The notes under the pieces: generated by a model | The model's input: the letters and a program-made list of their open reading frames with translations, nothing else | Database searches by the model: none | Told to the model about the DNA's origin: nothing | From: an uncultured Leptospirales bacterium | GTDB lineage: Bacteria > Spirochaetota > UBA4802 > UBA5550 | Direction of reading: 5' to 3' | Assembly (NCBI GenBank): GCA_964491265.1 | Contig: CAZBFP010000002.1 | Location: 134,288 to 198,287 of the forward strand | Length of the DNA: 64,000 bases | Translations under genes and position numbers: made by a program | Part shown: in pieces, positions 9,620 to 20,520 of the stretch | How positions within the stretch are numbered: the stretch's first letter is position 1 | Layout: the number at the start of each line of letters is the position of its first letter

Positions 9620-11071
9620 ATGAATAAAAGAAATATAATGGCTGTAATTTTCGCAGTATTGACTACAGGTGCCTGTTCAGGCAGTAATTACAATATTCCA
9701 ATATTAAATGCACAGGACTCAGCATTTAAAAATAAACTGCCTATCCCGCCTGTTCTTAAGCCGGTTGAAGAAAAAAATATATCCAGATACACTCTCCAGG
9801 TACAACAGGGGAACTATGAATTTATCAAAGGGGAAATGGTATACACCTATGGCTACAATGGCCCGATACTGGGGCCGACAATAAAAGTAAAGAGAGGCCA
9901 GAAGGTAAGTATTGAGGTTCAAAATTTATTGAGAGAATTCACAACAGTTCACTGGCATGGCATGCTTGTTCCGGGAGATATGGATGGAGGGCCGCATCAG
10001 GTAATAAGTCCAGGAAAAAAATGGACAGCGTCTTTTACTGTAAATCAACCAGCTGCTACTGCATGGTATCATCCCCATGGCCTTGGAACAACAGCCCGGC
10101 AGGTGTACATGGGTCTGGCTGGTTTGTTTATTGTTGAGGATGAAATTTCTGATAAACTGAATATTCCCCGGGAGTATGGAGTAAATGATATACCATTAAT
10201 TGTGCAGGATAAAAGACTGTCGGAGGAAGGAGTGCCGCTCTACTTAACCGGCATGAGAGATATAATGGTTGGGATGCTCGGCAATACAATACTGGTAAAT
10301 GGAGTGATTACACCGCACCTTACTGTTACAAAAAATAAATACAGGCTGAGAATTCTCAATGGATCAAATGCACGGGTGTATAATTTTTCATTTAATGACA
10401 ATAGTCCCTTTTTTATAATTGCAACGGACGGTGGTTTTCTTGAAAAACCTGTTAAAAGAAAGAATATAATTCTTTCTCCGGGTGAACGTATTGAAATAAT
10501 AGCAGATTTCAGTAAATACAGTGACGGGAGAAATGTTAAACTGGTTTCAGGGAATATTGATATTATGGAATTCAGAGTTAATGGCATAGAAAAGGAAACA
10601 GCAATAATTCCTGAAAGACTTGCGAACATTAATGGATATGATCCATCTTCATCAAAAAGGGCCAGACTTTTTCAGCTTGAGGGGATGGGGCATATGGTTG
10701 CTATAAACGGCAGGAAGATGAATATTAACCGCATTGACGAATATATGAATTATAATGATACTGAAATCTGGACAATTACAAGTTCTACAGCTATGCACGG
10801 CAGAGGCATGATGGGCGGAGGTATGATGGGCAGAATGGGTCCGGATGTTTTACATAATTTTCATGCTCACGGAGTTCACTTTTTAATACTCAGTCGTAAC
10901 GGAATCCCTCCCGGAGACCATGAAAAGGGGTGGAAAGATACAGTTCTTCTAAATGAAAATGAAGAGGTAAAAGTTATAACCAGATTTCTTTACAGGGGGA
11001 TTTTCATGTATCATTGCCATATTCTTGAACATGAAGATAATGGCATGATGGGGCAGTTCAAAGTAAAGTAA
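9620..11071 (+). CDS. Multicopper oxidase, CueO-like lipoprotein with Met-rich insert
   Basis: Lipobox LTTGAC. HWHG, HPHG and HCHILEHEDNGMMG copper-ligand motifs. Met-rich stretch MHGRGMMGGGMMGRMG. Confidence 0.8.
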   Translation: MNKRNIMAVIFAVLTTGACSGSNYNIPILNAQDSAFKNKLPIPPVLKPVEEKNISRYTLQVQQGNYEFIKGEMVYTYGYNGPILGPTIKVKRGQKVSIEVQNLLREFTTVHWHGMLVPGDMDGGPHQVISPGKKWTASFTVNQPAATAWYHPHGLGTTARQVYMGLAGLFIVEDEISDKLNIPREYGVNDIPLIVQDKRLSEEGVPLYLTGMRDIMVGMLGNTILVNGVITPHLTVTKNKYRLRILNGSNARVYNFSFNDNSPFFIIATDGGFLEKPVKRKNIILSPGERIEIIADFSKYSDGRNVKLVSGNIDIMEFRVNGIEKETAIIPERLANINGYDPSSSKRARLFQLEGMGHMVAINGRKMNINRIDEYMNYNDTEIWTITSSTAMHGRGMMGGGMMGRMGPDVLHNFHAHGVHFLILSRNGIPPGDHEKGWKDTVLLNENEEVKVITRFLYRGIFMYHCHILEHEDNGMMGQFKVK

Positions 11072-11357
11072 GACATGGTAAAATCTTAATCACGTGAAGT
11101 CGTTATGAGCTTGATAAAATCAGAAAACAGATTCAGGAAAGAAATTCATGAAGTTAAATCTTTACAGAGTAATGATATCACTCTGATATTAAACGCAAGG
11201 ATCCCATTGTGACCTATCCGCAGCTGATCCTGATTCACCTGGCAATAGTTCTGCCGGTTTTTCTGAAATTTAATTTAAACGGGTCGTATTGAATACTTTT
11301 TGCCCGGGCCGTTCAGGATTGCTGCCGCTATTCCAGGATACCCCAGCTAAACATCTT

Positions 11358-11387
11358 CGGATTTTTGTAGTCATAGATTACCTGTTC
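11358..11387 (-). pseudogene. Short relic duplicate of an internal segment of the 8694-9347 oxidoreductase gene
   Basis: 29 of 30 nt identical to 9183-9212. It would encode EQVIYDYKNP, against EQVIYDYRNP in the intact gene, with no surrounding ORF. Confidence 0.4.
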
Positions 11388-11455
11388 CTGAATAAATAAA
11401 TATTGACTTTAATATTTATTTATTCAAATTAATTCATTTTGAGGTTAAAGGAATA

Positions 11456-12154
11456 ATGAATATAAAAATTCTACATCTATTGGAAGGTGCAAAAGAATCT
11501 AAAGGACTGGCTGTGGTAATAGATGTATTCAGAGCATTTACTGTTCAGTGCTACTTATTCGCAGGCGGGGCAAAGGAGATAATTGCTGTCAGTGATATTG
11601 ACACTGCTTACGATATCAGAAAAAAAAACAGCAGCTATATACTGATTGGTGAACGGGAGGAAAGAGTACCGGAAGGGTTCGATTTTGGAAACTCTCCTAC
11701 ACATATTGAAAATATAAATTTTCAGAATAAAACAATAATACATACCACAAGTGCAGGTACGCAGGGCCTGGTAAATGCTGTCAATGCTGAAGAGCGTATT
11801 ACAGGGAGCTTTGTAAATGCCGATGCTATTGTGCGGTATATAAAACAGAAAAATCCGGCAGAAGTATCGCTTGTGTGTATGGGATATTCCATGAAGCATC
11901 CGTCTGAAGAAGATACATTGTGTGCGGAATATATCAAACAATCGCTTGAAGGGAGAAAACCGGATTTCGAAAAAATGAAAGGGATAATAAAAAGCACAAG
12001 TGCTCAGCGGCTTTTTGACCCGCAGAATCAGGATTTTTCTCCCTATACCGATTTCGAAAAGTGTATGAAGCCGGGAATATTCGATTTTGTAATTCAATGC
12101 AGAATCTACGACAAATATCGGGACAGCCTCCTTTGCAGAAAATATGACATCTGA
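11456..12154 (+). CDS. 2-phosphosulfolactate phosphatase (ComB) family protein
   Basis: 232 aa. The N-terminal VVIDVFRAFT motif resembles the ComB family. This assignment is from memory of the family signature only. Confidence 0.45.
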   Translation: MNIKILHLLEGAKESKGLAVVIDVFRAFTVQCYLFAGGAKEIIAVSDIDTAYDIRKKNSSYILIGEREERVPEGFDFGNSPTHIENINFQNKTIIHTTSAGTQGLVNAVNAEERITGSFVNADAIVRYIKQKNPAEVSLVCMGYSMKHPSEEDTLCAEYIKQSLEGRKPDFEKMKGIIKSTSAQRLFDPQNQDFSPYTDFEKCMKPGIFDFVIQCRIYDKYRDSLLCRKYDI

Positions 12155-12381
12155 ACAGAATGCTCCAGAGTAATTTCGGCTAATAAAATTTAAGTTCAAT
12201 GAACGGCGGGTTCATGGTGAAGCAGTTTCGACTCAATCATTATGCTGGAAGGTCATAATCTTCCCCTTGCTTTACCGGTTTAAACCTTGACTGTCCGGGG
12301 AAACAGGCATTTTATTGTAAACAATTGCAGGTAATTTGAATTAGACTGTTAACAATAAAAAAATTAATATAAACGGGGTTT

Positions 12382-14100
12382 GTGCTGGTGAAGACCATCT
12401 TTCATCTTCTGATGATATCGTCTATTCTCTGTTCTGCTCCTGGTTTTTCATCAGAACAGAGAACAATACTTGTCGGCGGGAACGGTAACTATCCCCCCTA
12501 CGAATTTATAGATGAAGAGGGTGAACCAAACGGATATAACGTGGAGCTGACAAGGGCAATTGCCAGGGTGATGGGGATAGATGTTCGTTTTGAACTTGGC
12601 GATTGGAGAGTAGTCAGGAGGGGCCTTGAGGATGGAACTGTTGATGTTCTCCAGGGGATGTCATATTCGGAGGGAAGGGCAAAGGTTGTTGATTTTTCCG
12701 TGCCGCATACTATTGTAAATCATTCAATTTATACCAGAACAGGGGTAGAAACTATAACAACCCTCCAGGGGCTTGCGGGAAAGGAAGTTGCGTTCCATGC
12801 CATGGGCTTTACGCATAATTATCTCTCTGAAAAAAAGATAGCTGTAATCCCGGTTTTAACCGGTACGCCGGCCGGTGCAATCAGCCTTATCGCAGCGGGA
12901 AAACCGGACTATGCGGTTGTGGCAAGCCTTCCCGCGGCTTATATTATTAAGGAGATGGATATAAAAAATGTTGTGCCCGCGGCAAACAGTGTTATTTCAG
13001 TCAAGTATTGCTATGCCGTAAAAAGGGGTAACGCGGATCTTCTTGCGAAATTAAATGAAGGCCTTGCCATTCTGAAACAGACAGGGCAGTACCAGATCAT
13101 ATATGACAAATGGCTGGGTGTTCTTGAACCTAAAGGAGCCCCATGGGAAAATATTATTAAATACGGATCAATTATTTTAATTCTGTTTTTAATTGCCCTA
13201 TCCGGTTCACTACTATGGTCCTGGACCCTTAGAAAACAGGTGGCACTTCGGACTGCAGCGCTTCAGCAGGAGGTCCTGGAACGGAAGCGAACAATGAACG
13301 AACTCAAACTTAAGCAGAGACAGCTTATTCAGGCTGACAAAATGGCTTCTTTAGGCATCCTTGTATCCGGGGTTGCCCATGAAATAAATAATCCCAACGG
13401 GCTTATATTACTTAATATGCCGCTCATTCTGGATTATTTTAACGACACCCGGCATATAATTGAAGATTACTATGTCAATAATGGAGATTTCCACGTCGCA
13501 GGCCTTAAATATTCCAGGCTCAAGACAAAAATAGAGCCCAAACTCGTAGATATTCAGGACAGCGCAAAGAGAATTAAAAGGATAGTTGAGGATCTTAAGG
13601 ATTTTGCCCGCATGGATGAATCTGATATCGAACAGGTTATTGACATTAACCAGATTGCAGCAGCTGCGGTCAGGCTCCTCGAAAACAGAATTCAGAAGTC
13701 GACTAATTTTTTTAGTACTGATTACACTGCGGAGATTACATACATTAAAGGCAATCCTCAGCGAATTGAGCAGGTAATTGTTAATCTTTTACTTAATGCT
13801 TTTCAGGCTCTTCGGAATAGTGATGAAGGTGTTTGTCTTATGACTAAATATTCAAAAGAGAAAAATGAGATCATACTGGAGATACATGATGAAGGGGAGG
13901 GGGTCCTTCCGGAAAACATTCCGTATCTTACTGATCCTTTCTTTACCACAAAACGGCATACAGGAGGCACTGGACTTGGACTTTCCGTGTCAGCCGGTAT
14001 AATTAAAGATCATCATGGCTCGATGGAATTTACTTCAATACCGGGGCAAGGGACTACTGTCACAATATTTTTCCCGGCTTACGGAGGGATAATAGTATGA
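12382..14100 (+). CDS. Sensor histidine kinase with periplasmic solute-binding (SBP_bac_3-like) domain
   Basis: GTG start. Signal peptide, roughly 230-aa periplasmic binding-protein-like domain, TM, HisKA (GVAHEINNP) and HATPase_c (GGTGLGLS). Confidence 0.75.
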   Translation: MLVKTIFHLLMISSILCSAPGFSSEQRTILVGGNGNYPPYEFIDEEGEPNGYNVELTRAIARVMGIDVRFELGDWRVVRRGLEDGTVDVLQGMSYSEGRAKVVDFSVPHTIVNHSIYTRTGVETITTLQGLAGKEVAFHAMGFTHNYLSEKKIAVIPVLTGTPAGAISLIAAGKPDYAVVASLPAAYIIKEMDIKNVVPAANSVISVKYCYAVKRGNADLLAKLNEGLAILKQTGQYQIIYDKWLGVLEPKGAPWENIIKYGSIILILFLIALSGSLLWSWTLRKQVALRTAALQQEVLERKRTMNELKLKQRQLIQADKMASLGILVSGVAHEINNPNGLILLNMPLILDYFNDTRHIIEDYYVNNGDFHVAGLKYSRLKTKIEPKLVDIQDSAKRIKRIVEDLKDFARMDESDIEQVIDINQIAAAAVRLLENRIQKSTNFFSTDYTAEITYIKGNPQRIEQVIVNLLLNAFQALRNSDEGVCLMTKYSKEKNEIILEIHDEGEGVLPENIPYLTDPFFTTKRHTGGTGLGLSVSAGIIKDHHGSMEFTSIPGQGTTVTIFFPAYGGIIV

Positions 14101-15524
14101 AAACACATTCGTCGCTTTCATTCAGAGTTTTACTGGTAGATGATGAACCGGCATGGCTCGATTCACTAAGCCTTTCCCTGGAAAGAACAACCGGAATAAC
14201 AAATATGATTCTTTGTGACGACAGCCGGAAGGTTAAAGATATTCTTTCAGCAGAAAATGTAGGGCTTGTAATCCTTGATCTTACTATGCCGCATGTATCC
14301 GGTCTTGAGCTTCTTGAATATATCTCTGAACACTACCCTACAATAAAAGTAATAATCCTTACCGGCCTTAACCAGATTGAGACTGCCGTAAGCTGCATGA
14401 AGCTTGGAGCTTTCGACTATTTCGTGAAAACTGAAGAAGAACAACGGCTGGCAAGAGGCGTACTATCCGCAATCCGCATGATTGAACTTCAGATGGAGAA
14501 TAGTGAAATCAGCACCAGGCTGCTGAGCGATTCATTGCATAATCTTTCAGCCTTTTCAGGAATAGTCTCTATTTGTAAAAAAATGCGTTCAATTTTTCAA
14601 TATATTGAATCTGTAGCCGGCAGCAGCCAGCCGATTTTAATTACAGGTGAAAGCGGAGTCGGTAAAGAGCTTGCAGCCCAGGCAATCCATGCGCTCAGCG
14701 GAAGAAACAGGCCCATGATATCCGTTAATGTGGCCGGACTTGATGACCATATGTTCACCGACACACTATTCGGCCACACAAAGGGAGCGTATACCGGCGC
14801 TTCGGGTTTAAGAAACGGGCTTATCGAGGAAGCAGCGGATGGAACCCTGTTTCTTGATGAGATCGGGGATTTAAGCATTTCATCCCAGGTTAAACTGCTC
14901 CGAGTCCTTAACAATGGGGATTATTTCCCGCTGGGGAGTGACAGACCAAAATTTTCCAGAGCAAGAATCATTGTAGCAACGAATCAGGATCTTAACAGAA
15001 AGATCGAGTCAGATGTTTTCAGAAAAGATCTTTATTTCAGACTTAGAACTCACAGGGTCCACCTCCCCCCGCTAAGGGAAAGGCATGTGGATCTGCCACT
15101 TCTTCTTGATCATTTCATCGAAGAAGCCGCAAAAGAATTTGAAAAGGAAAAACCGGCTGTATCAGGAGATCTGCTTCGCCTTCTTAAGTCGTACCATTTC
15201 CCCGGAAATGTCCGGGAACTCAGATCCATGGTTTATGACGCGGTTGCAAGGCACCAGCGCGGGCTTCTTCAGGTCTCATCATTTCTTGACGCCATGGGAA
15301 TGCCGGAATTTTCTCCAGTTGCATCATCAGATGTATCAACGCTTAAATCCTGTGGGAATATTTACTCAACCCTCAGCCAGCTTCCGTTTATTGATGAAGC
15401 GATCGAACTTCTCGTAGATGAAGCGATGAACCGTACAGGAAACAATCAGTCCATGACAGCCCGTCTTCTCGGGATAAGCCAGTCAGCATTAAACAAGAGG
15501 CTTAAAAGAACCGGGAAGAGATAA
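14097..15524 (+). CDS. Sigma-54-dependent response regulator (NtrC/DctD-like)
   Basis: REC domain, AAA+ sigma-54 activator domain (GESGVGKELAAQAIH with a GAYTGA motif), C-terminal Fis-type HTH. ATGA overlap with the kinase gene. Confidence 0.85.
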   Translation: MKTHSSLSFRVLLVDDEPAWLDSLSLSLERTTGITNMILCDDSRKVKDILSAENVGLVILDLTMPHVSGLELLEYISEHYPTIKVIILTGLNQIETAVSCMKLGAFDYFVKTEEEQRLARGVLSAIRMIELQMENSEISTRLLSDSLHNLSAFSGIVSICKKMRSIFQYIESVAGSSQPILITGESGVGKELAAQAIHALSGRNRPMISVNVAGLDDHMFTDTLFGHTKGAYTGASGLRNGLIEEAADGTLFLDEIGDLSISSQVKLLRVLNNGDYFPLGSDRPKFSRARIIVATNQDLNRKIESDVFRKDLYFRLRTHRVHLPPLRERHVDLPLLLDHFIEEAAKEFEKEKPAVSGDLLRLLKSYHFPGNVRELRSMVYDAVARHQRGLLQVSSFLDAMGMPEFSPVASSDVSTLKSCGNIYSTLSQLPFIDEAIELLVDEAMNRTGNNQSMTARLLGISQSALNKRLKRTGKR

Positions 15525-15773
15525 CAGCAGTTTAAATCTATGAAAAAATTCATAGTTATGCCTCAGGGAATATCTTTCGTGATTATTTTGCTTTTTTATT
15601 TAATCTTATCAGAATTCGTAAAACTTCTCTGAAATCCATATTATACCAGCTTTATCTCTCAATATAAAACTTTTGCCACTGATTCAATACAAAAATACCT
15701 GAACTGTTCATAATTATTAAGCTGTATATAACAAAAAAAAGAGTTTTTAAAGAGAAATTAAAGAAAAAATTTT

Positions 15774-15789
15774 TGGCATGGAAATTGCA
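15774..15789 (+). promoter_or_regulatory. Sigma-54 (-24/-12) promoter TGGCAT-N5-TTGCA upstream of dctP
   Basis: TGGCATggaaaTTGCA reproduces the GG-N10-GC spacing exactly. It lies about 85 bp upstream of dctP and directly downstream of a sigma-54 activator gene. Confidence 0.7.
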
Positions 15790-15790
15790 T

Positions 15791-15836
15791 ATTATAATCA
15801 GTGAGCCGGATTAAATGCCAGCTCACTGATTATAAT
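15791..15836. promoter_or_regulatory. Perfect 16-bp inverted repeat ATTATAATCAGTGAGC-N14-GCTCACTGATTATAAT abutting the sigma-54 promoter
   Basis: Seen directly. It starts 2 nt after the -12 element, so it is either an operator or a 5' UTR stem-loop. Confidence 0.6.
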
Positions 15837-15875
15837 CAAAACTAAAATAAGCTAAAATAATAAGGAGAAGAGACG

Positions 15876-16862
15876 ATGAAAAAGTTTTCAGTCATACTTA
15901 GTATCGTGGTTTTATCATTGGCTATTTTTATCCAGGCCTGTTCAAAAAGCGATAAGGTTGTTATAAAGCTGGGCCATATTGCTGAAGCAACAAATCCATA
16001 TGGGCAGGGCGCGGATTATTTCGCGAAACTTGTTGCAGAAAAATCGGGCGGTAAAATTGAAGTAAAGGTATTCCCTTCTTCACAGCTTGGAGCTCAAAAG
16101 GAACTTATTGAGGGGCTCATCTATGGAACAGTGGATATGACTCTTACAGGTACAGCGGAACTCGGAACATTCCAGCCTCAGATGGCTCTTTTCGACCTGC
16201 CTTTCCTTTTTAAAGACAGGGATCACGCATACAGGGCACTCGACAGTGTCGGTATGGATCTTGGTAAAGCACTTGAGCCTAAAGGGATCAAACTTCTTGG
16301 ATACATGGAAAATGGTATCAGACACCTGACTAACAATAAACGTCCGGTAAAATCTCCAGCTGATATGAAGGGCCTTAAAATCCGTGTTATGAATAATAAA
16401 GTGTATATAGAAATGATAAAAGCGCTCGGCGGATCACCTACTCCTATGGCATTTGCTGAACTCTATTCTGCAATGCAGCAGGGAACTGTTGACGGCCAGG
16501 AAAATCCAAGCGCGCACATTTTCACAAAACGTTTTTTTGAAGTTCAGAAATACGCTTCTTTAACAGGCCACGCGTATGCTCCGGAACCTGTACTTATTTC
16601 AATGAAAACATGGAATAAGCTTACAGACGAGCAGAAAAAGATAATTCAGGATGCGGCAAATGAAGCAGTTGCATGGCAGAGAAAGCTTTCAGAAGCAAAG
16701 GATGAAGAATTCTGGACAAAAATAAAAGCTACAAATAAAATATCCGTAATAAATGTTGATCGTGTACCTTTTATTAACGCGACAAAAAGTGTATATAAGG
16801 AAATGGAGAATACAGTCGGTAAGGATAATATAGAGAAAGTCCAGAAAATGGAAAAAAAATAG
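15876..16862 (+). CDS. dctP: TRAP transporter substrate-binding protein
   Basis: Lipoprotein signal, 328 aa, DctP family architecture. Confidence 0.8.
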   Translation: MKKFSVILSIVVLSLAIFIQACSKSDKVVIKLGHIAEATNPYGQGADYFAKLVAEKSGGKIEVKVFPSSQLGAQKELIEGLIYGTVDMTLTGTAELGTFQPQMALFDLPFLFKDRDHAYRALDSVGMDLGKALEPKGIKLLGYMENGIRHLTNNKRPVKSPADMKGLKIRVMNNKVYIEMIKALGGSPTPMAFAELYSAMQQGTVDGQENPSAHIFTKRFFEVQKYASLTGHAYAPEPVLISMKTWNKLTDEQKKIIQDAANEAVAWQRKLSEAKDEEFWTKIKATNKISVINVDRVPFINATKSVYKEMENTVGKDNIEKVQKMEKK

Positions 16863-16883
16863 CAGCAGTCTGAAAAATCAGCT

Positions 16884-16952
16884 CCTCCCCCGATCGGGAG
16901 GGCTCAGGGGTAGAGTGAAATAATTGATGTAACAAAACAAAAATTATTTCAC
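16884..16952 (+). other. Two intercistronic stem-loops between dctP and dctQ
   Basis: The first is an imperfect CCCGATCGGG-centred hairpin at 16884-16902. The second is an 11-bp stem GTGAAATAATT...AATTATTTCAC at 16915-16952. Such hairpins typically give differential expression of the binding protein versus the permease. Confidence 0.5.
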
Positions 16953-17025
16953 TCCTGACCCTTAACTTACAGGAAAGATTTTCCTTGCTCAGGAAAACTT
17001 TGCTTTAGAGGAGGAGAAATCAATT

Positions 17026-17529
17026 ATGGTTATGTATGAAAAATTATTAAAAGCTGTACGGTCCGTTTTATATGTTTTTTCAGTAACAGCAATGTCTATA
17101 ATGCTGATTACAATTTTCTGTCAGGTAATTACCAGATACTGGTTCAACTACACTCCGGAATGGTCTGAAGAACTTGCCAGATTTTTATTTGTATGGGTGG
17201 TTTTCCTGGGATCAGCCCTGATCATGGGAGACGCCGGTCATCTTGCAGTTCAATTTATACCGGATATGCTTAAAGGAACAAAAGCGGGTAAGGTTGTAGC
17301 TATTATTATTAATATCGCCAGCTATGTTTTCATAGGCATACTTTTTTTAAAAGGATTGGAAATGACAAGCATTATGACATTCCAGCTTTCTCCCGGAATG
17401 AATATTCCCATGAGCTATATCTACTTTGTGATTCCATTCAGCAGCATACTGATGCTCTTATATCTAATTAAAAGCAGTATAGAAATAATCCGCGGTTCTT
17501 CAGATCATGAAGAAAAGCTGATAGATTAG
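17026..17529 (+). CDS. dctQ: TRAP transporter small permease
   Basis: 167 aa, 4 TM, positioned between dctP and dctM. Confidence 0.75.
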   Translation: MVMYEKLLKAVRSVLYVFSVTAMSIMLITIFCQVITRYWFNYTPEWSEELARFLFVWVVFLGSALIMGDAGHLAVQFIPDMLKGTKAGKVVAIIINIASYVFIGILFLKGLEMTSIMTFQLSPGMNIPMSYIYFVIPFSSILMLLYLIKSSIEIIRGSSDHEEKLID

Positions 17530-17539
17530 GGGGCGGAAT

Positions 17540-18814
17540 ATGGGACTTATATTATTAGGAATATTTTTATTACTTACTGCAGTCGGCGTGCCGGTGGCCT
17601 TTGGACTCTGCCTTTCTGTTTCAGTTATTCTTTTTTTCTTTATGGATATGCCTCTGGTTATGGTTACACAAATCATGTATTCAGGCATTGACTCCTTTTC
17701 ATTTATGGCAGTACCGTTTTTTATGCTTGCAGGGGCTTTCATGTCAGCAGGGGGTGTAACAGCACGGCTTGTGTCATTTTCACAATCACTTGTAGGATCG
17801 TTTAGAGGGGGGCTGGCACAGACAGTTTCTGTTTCCGGATGTTTTTTCGCGGCCATCTCCGGATCTTCAGCAGCCACAACAGCCGCCCTTGGATCCACCA
17901 TGATCGGCGAACTTGAAAAGAAAAATTATAGCCGTGAATGGGCAACCGGTATTGTCGCTTCAAGCGGAGTTGTTGGAATAGTTATTCCGCCGTCAATTAC
18001 ATTGGTTGTATATGGTGTAATTGCTGACACATCCATAGGCGATCTATTTGTCGGAGGACTTATTCCCGGAATTATGATGGGCCTTGCCATGATGCTGGTA
18101 AGCTGGTACCTGGCAAAAAAGAATGGAATTGAAGCAGAAGGAAGCTTTTCAATTAAAGCTGCCCTTGTCTCCTTTAAGGATTCTTTTTTCGCACTGATGA
18201 CACCGGTTATTATTATTGGCGGTATATACGGAGGTATTTTTACGCCTACTGAAGCTGCTGCAGTTGCCGCAGTTTATGGAATTTTTGTAGGATTTTTTAT
18301 ATATAAGGAACTTAAATTCAAGGATTTTCCGAAAATTATTTTCCAGGCTGTAACTGGAACTACACTTATTATGTTTCTTGTTGGAGCTGCAAATGTATTC
18401 GGATGGGTGATTACCAACCTGCAGATCCCTCAGCAGGTAGCAGCATTCGTTGTATCAATAACATCATCACCGATAGTTTTTCTTCTGGCGATGAATGTAC
18501 TGCTTCTTTTTATAGGTACCCTGGTTAATGCCTCCGCGGCAGTGGTTATTCTTACACCGATATTTCTGCCTGTGGCAATAACTCTTGGTATTGACCCTCT
18601 TTTCTTTGGTGTACTGATGGTTGTCAACCTTGCGATCGGATGTATTACCCCTCCAGTGGGACTTGATCTTTTTGTAGCAAGTGCAATCGCCAAGGTTCCG
18701 ATTGAGCGGGTTATAAAGGCGACTCTTCCCTACCTGTATGCTCTGCTTGTCGTTCTTATGATTCTGACAATATTTCCATGGTTTATAACTGTATTGCCGT
18801 CACTTTTACAATAA
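17540..18814 (+). CDS. dctM: TRAP transporter large permease
   Basis: 424 aa polytopic membrane protein of the DctM family. Confidence 0.8.
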   Translation: MGLILLGIFLLLTAVGVPVAFGLCLSVSVILFFFMDMPLVMVTQIMYSGIDSFSFMAVPFFMLAGAFMSAGGVTARLVSFSQSLVGSFRGGLAQTVSVSGCFFAAISGSSAATTAALGSTMIGELEKKNYSREWATGIVASSGVVGIVIPPSITLVVYGVIADTSIGDLFVGGLIPGIMMGLAMMLVSWYLAKKNGIEAEGSFSIKAALVSFKDSFFALMTPVIIIGGIYGGIFTPTEAAAVAAVYGIFVGFFIYKELKFKDFPKIIFQAVTGTTLIMFLVGAANVFGWVITNLQIPQQVAAFVVSITSSPIVFLLAMNVLLLFIGTLVNASAAVVILTPIFLPVAITLGIDPLFFGVLMVVNLAIGCITPPVGLDLFVASAIAKVPIERVIKATLPYLYALLVVLMILTIFPWFITVLPSLLQ

Positions 18815-18912
18815 TAAAGATCCATTCCCCGTCATTCTCTGACCCCTTGTGGGGATATGGCAGAGGATTGCGGGGGATTAAGATGTAATTATAATCAAAA
18901 AAACGGAGGTCC

Positions 18913-20368
18913 CGTGAAAAAGATAGACATCACATTGAAAGATCTGAATGATCTTTTCCCCGAAAATTTTACCCAGGAGCAGTTAGCAAAAGCAAAAACC
19001 GCTTTTTTGAAAGAGATGTCGTACCATGCTCACAAATTTTACGGCGGGAAAATGCAGACTATACCAAAGGCCGGGATTTACGGCTTTAACTGGTTCAACA
19101 TCTGGTACACTCCCGGAGTTTCAAAAATATCAACAACGATCAGGGATGACCATTACTCATCATTTGAACTTTCAAACCGCGGGAACCTGGTAGCGGTTAT
19201 ATCGGATTCAACCAGGGTGCTGGGGGACGGTGACTGTACACCGGCAGGCGGCTTGGGCGTTATGGAGGGGAAAGCGATGCTGATGAAATATCTCGGCGGC
19301 GTTGACGCGGTTGCCCTCTGTATAGACAGCTATAACAAAAAAGGCGAACATGATCCCGACAAGATTATTGATTTTGTAAAGATGCTTCAGCCGAGTTTCG
19401 GGGCAGTAAACCTTGAGGATATATCCCAGCCTAACTGCTACAAAGTTCTGGATACATTGCGAGAGGATTGCGATATCCCGGTCTGGCATGATGATGCGCA
19501 GGGAACAGGATCAGTAACACTTGCGGGCCTGATAAACGCGCTTAAGATCGTAGATAAAAAAATCGGCGAAGCGAAGATTGTTTTTTACGGGGCAGGCGCA
19601 GCGAACTCCACAATCGCTCGACTTATAATAAAAACCGGCGGAGATCCCGAGAAAATGATTATGTTTGACATTAATGGTGCGCTTCATACAGGGAGAGAGG
19701 ATATTAAATCCGACCCCGGTTTTTATAACCAGTGGAATTTATGTAAAAAGACCAATCCAAAAAAAATCGATAACATTGAAGAAGCTATAAAAAATGCTGA
19801 TGCAATAATATCGCTCAGCATGCCGGGCCCGGATGTAATCAAGCCTGCGTGGATAAAAAGCATGGCGCAGAAACCGATCGTTTTTGCATGCGCCAATCCG
19901 GTACCGGAAATTTATCCATATGCGGCTAAAGAGGCTGGGGCCTATGTCGTTGCTACCGGACGCGGGGATTTCCCTAACCAGGTAAACAACTCAATCGGAT
20001 TCCCGGGGATTCTTAAAGGAGCTCTCCTTGTTCGTGCCCGTAAAATCACTGATGAGATGGCTATTGCCGCTTCATATTCCGTTGCTTCATTTGCTGAGAA
20101 AAAAGGGATAAATCCTGACCATATTATGCCGCTGATGGATGAAACAGAAGTTTTTGCCCATGTCGCTGCGGATGTTGCCATGGAAGCGATTAAGAATGGA
20201 GTTGCGCGTATAGAGCTTAACAAAGAGCAGGTTTACAACCAGACAATGCATGATATTCTGGAATCACGCAAACATTTGGATCTGTTAATGGAAAATAACC
20301 TGATTAAAAAACCGGATACTTCCATGATAGAAGCTGCTCTTGCAAAAGCGATTGCTGAAGTGAAGTAA
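18913..20368 (+). CDS. NAD(P)-dependent malic enzyme (no PTA domain)
   Basis: Malic enzyme motifs including GTGSVTLAGLINA and VFYGAGAANS. The likely start is the GTG at 18913, preceded by GGAGG. The ORF-track start at 18857 lacks an RBS. Confidence 0.8.
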
Positions 20369-20484
20369 TCCCGGATCGAACTGAGAAGAGAGTAAGGATA
20401 TGAATAGTGATATTCTATGGAAGATTTATGAAAAAATCTGATATCAGCGCCGTATTGTGATTAATGATTGATATGTAAGTTTTC

Positions 20485-20520
20485 ATAACCCCGCTTGTTA
20501 GTGGGGTTATTTTATTATTT
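20485..20520 (+). terminator. Rho-independent terminator after the malic enzyme gene
   Basis: Stem AACCCC...GGGGTT followed by TTTATTATTT. Confidence 0.6.

Noticed and set aside
18822-18856. TGGCAG-AGGA-TTGCG sigma-54-like motif upstream of the malic enzyme gene
   Set aside because: The GG-to-GC spacing is one nucleotide short of the -24/-12 consensus. The gene is more simply explained as the last gene of the dctPQM transcript.
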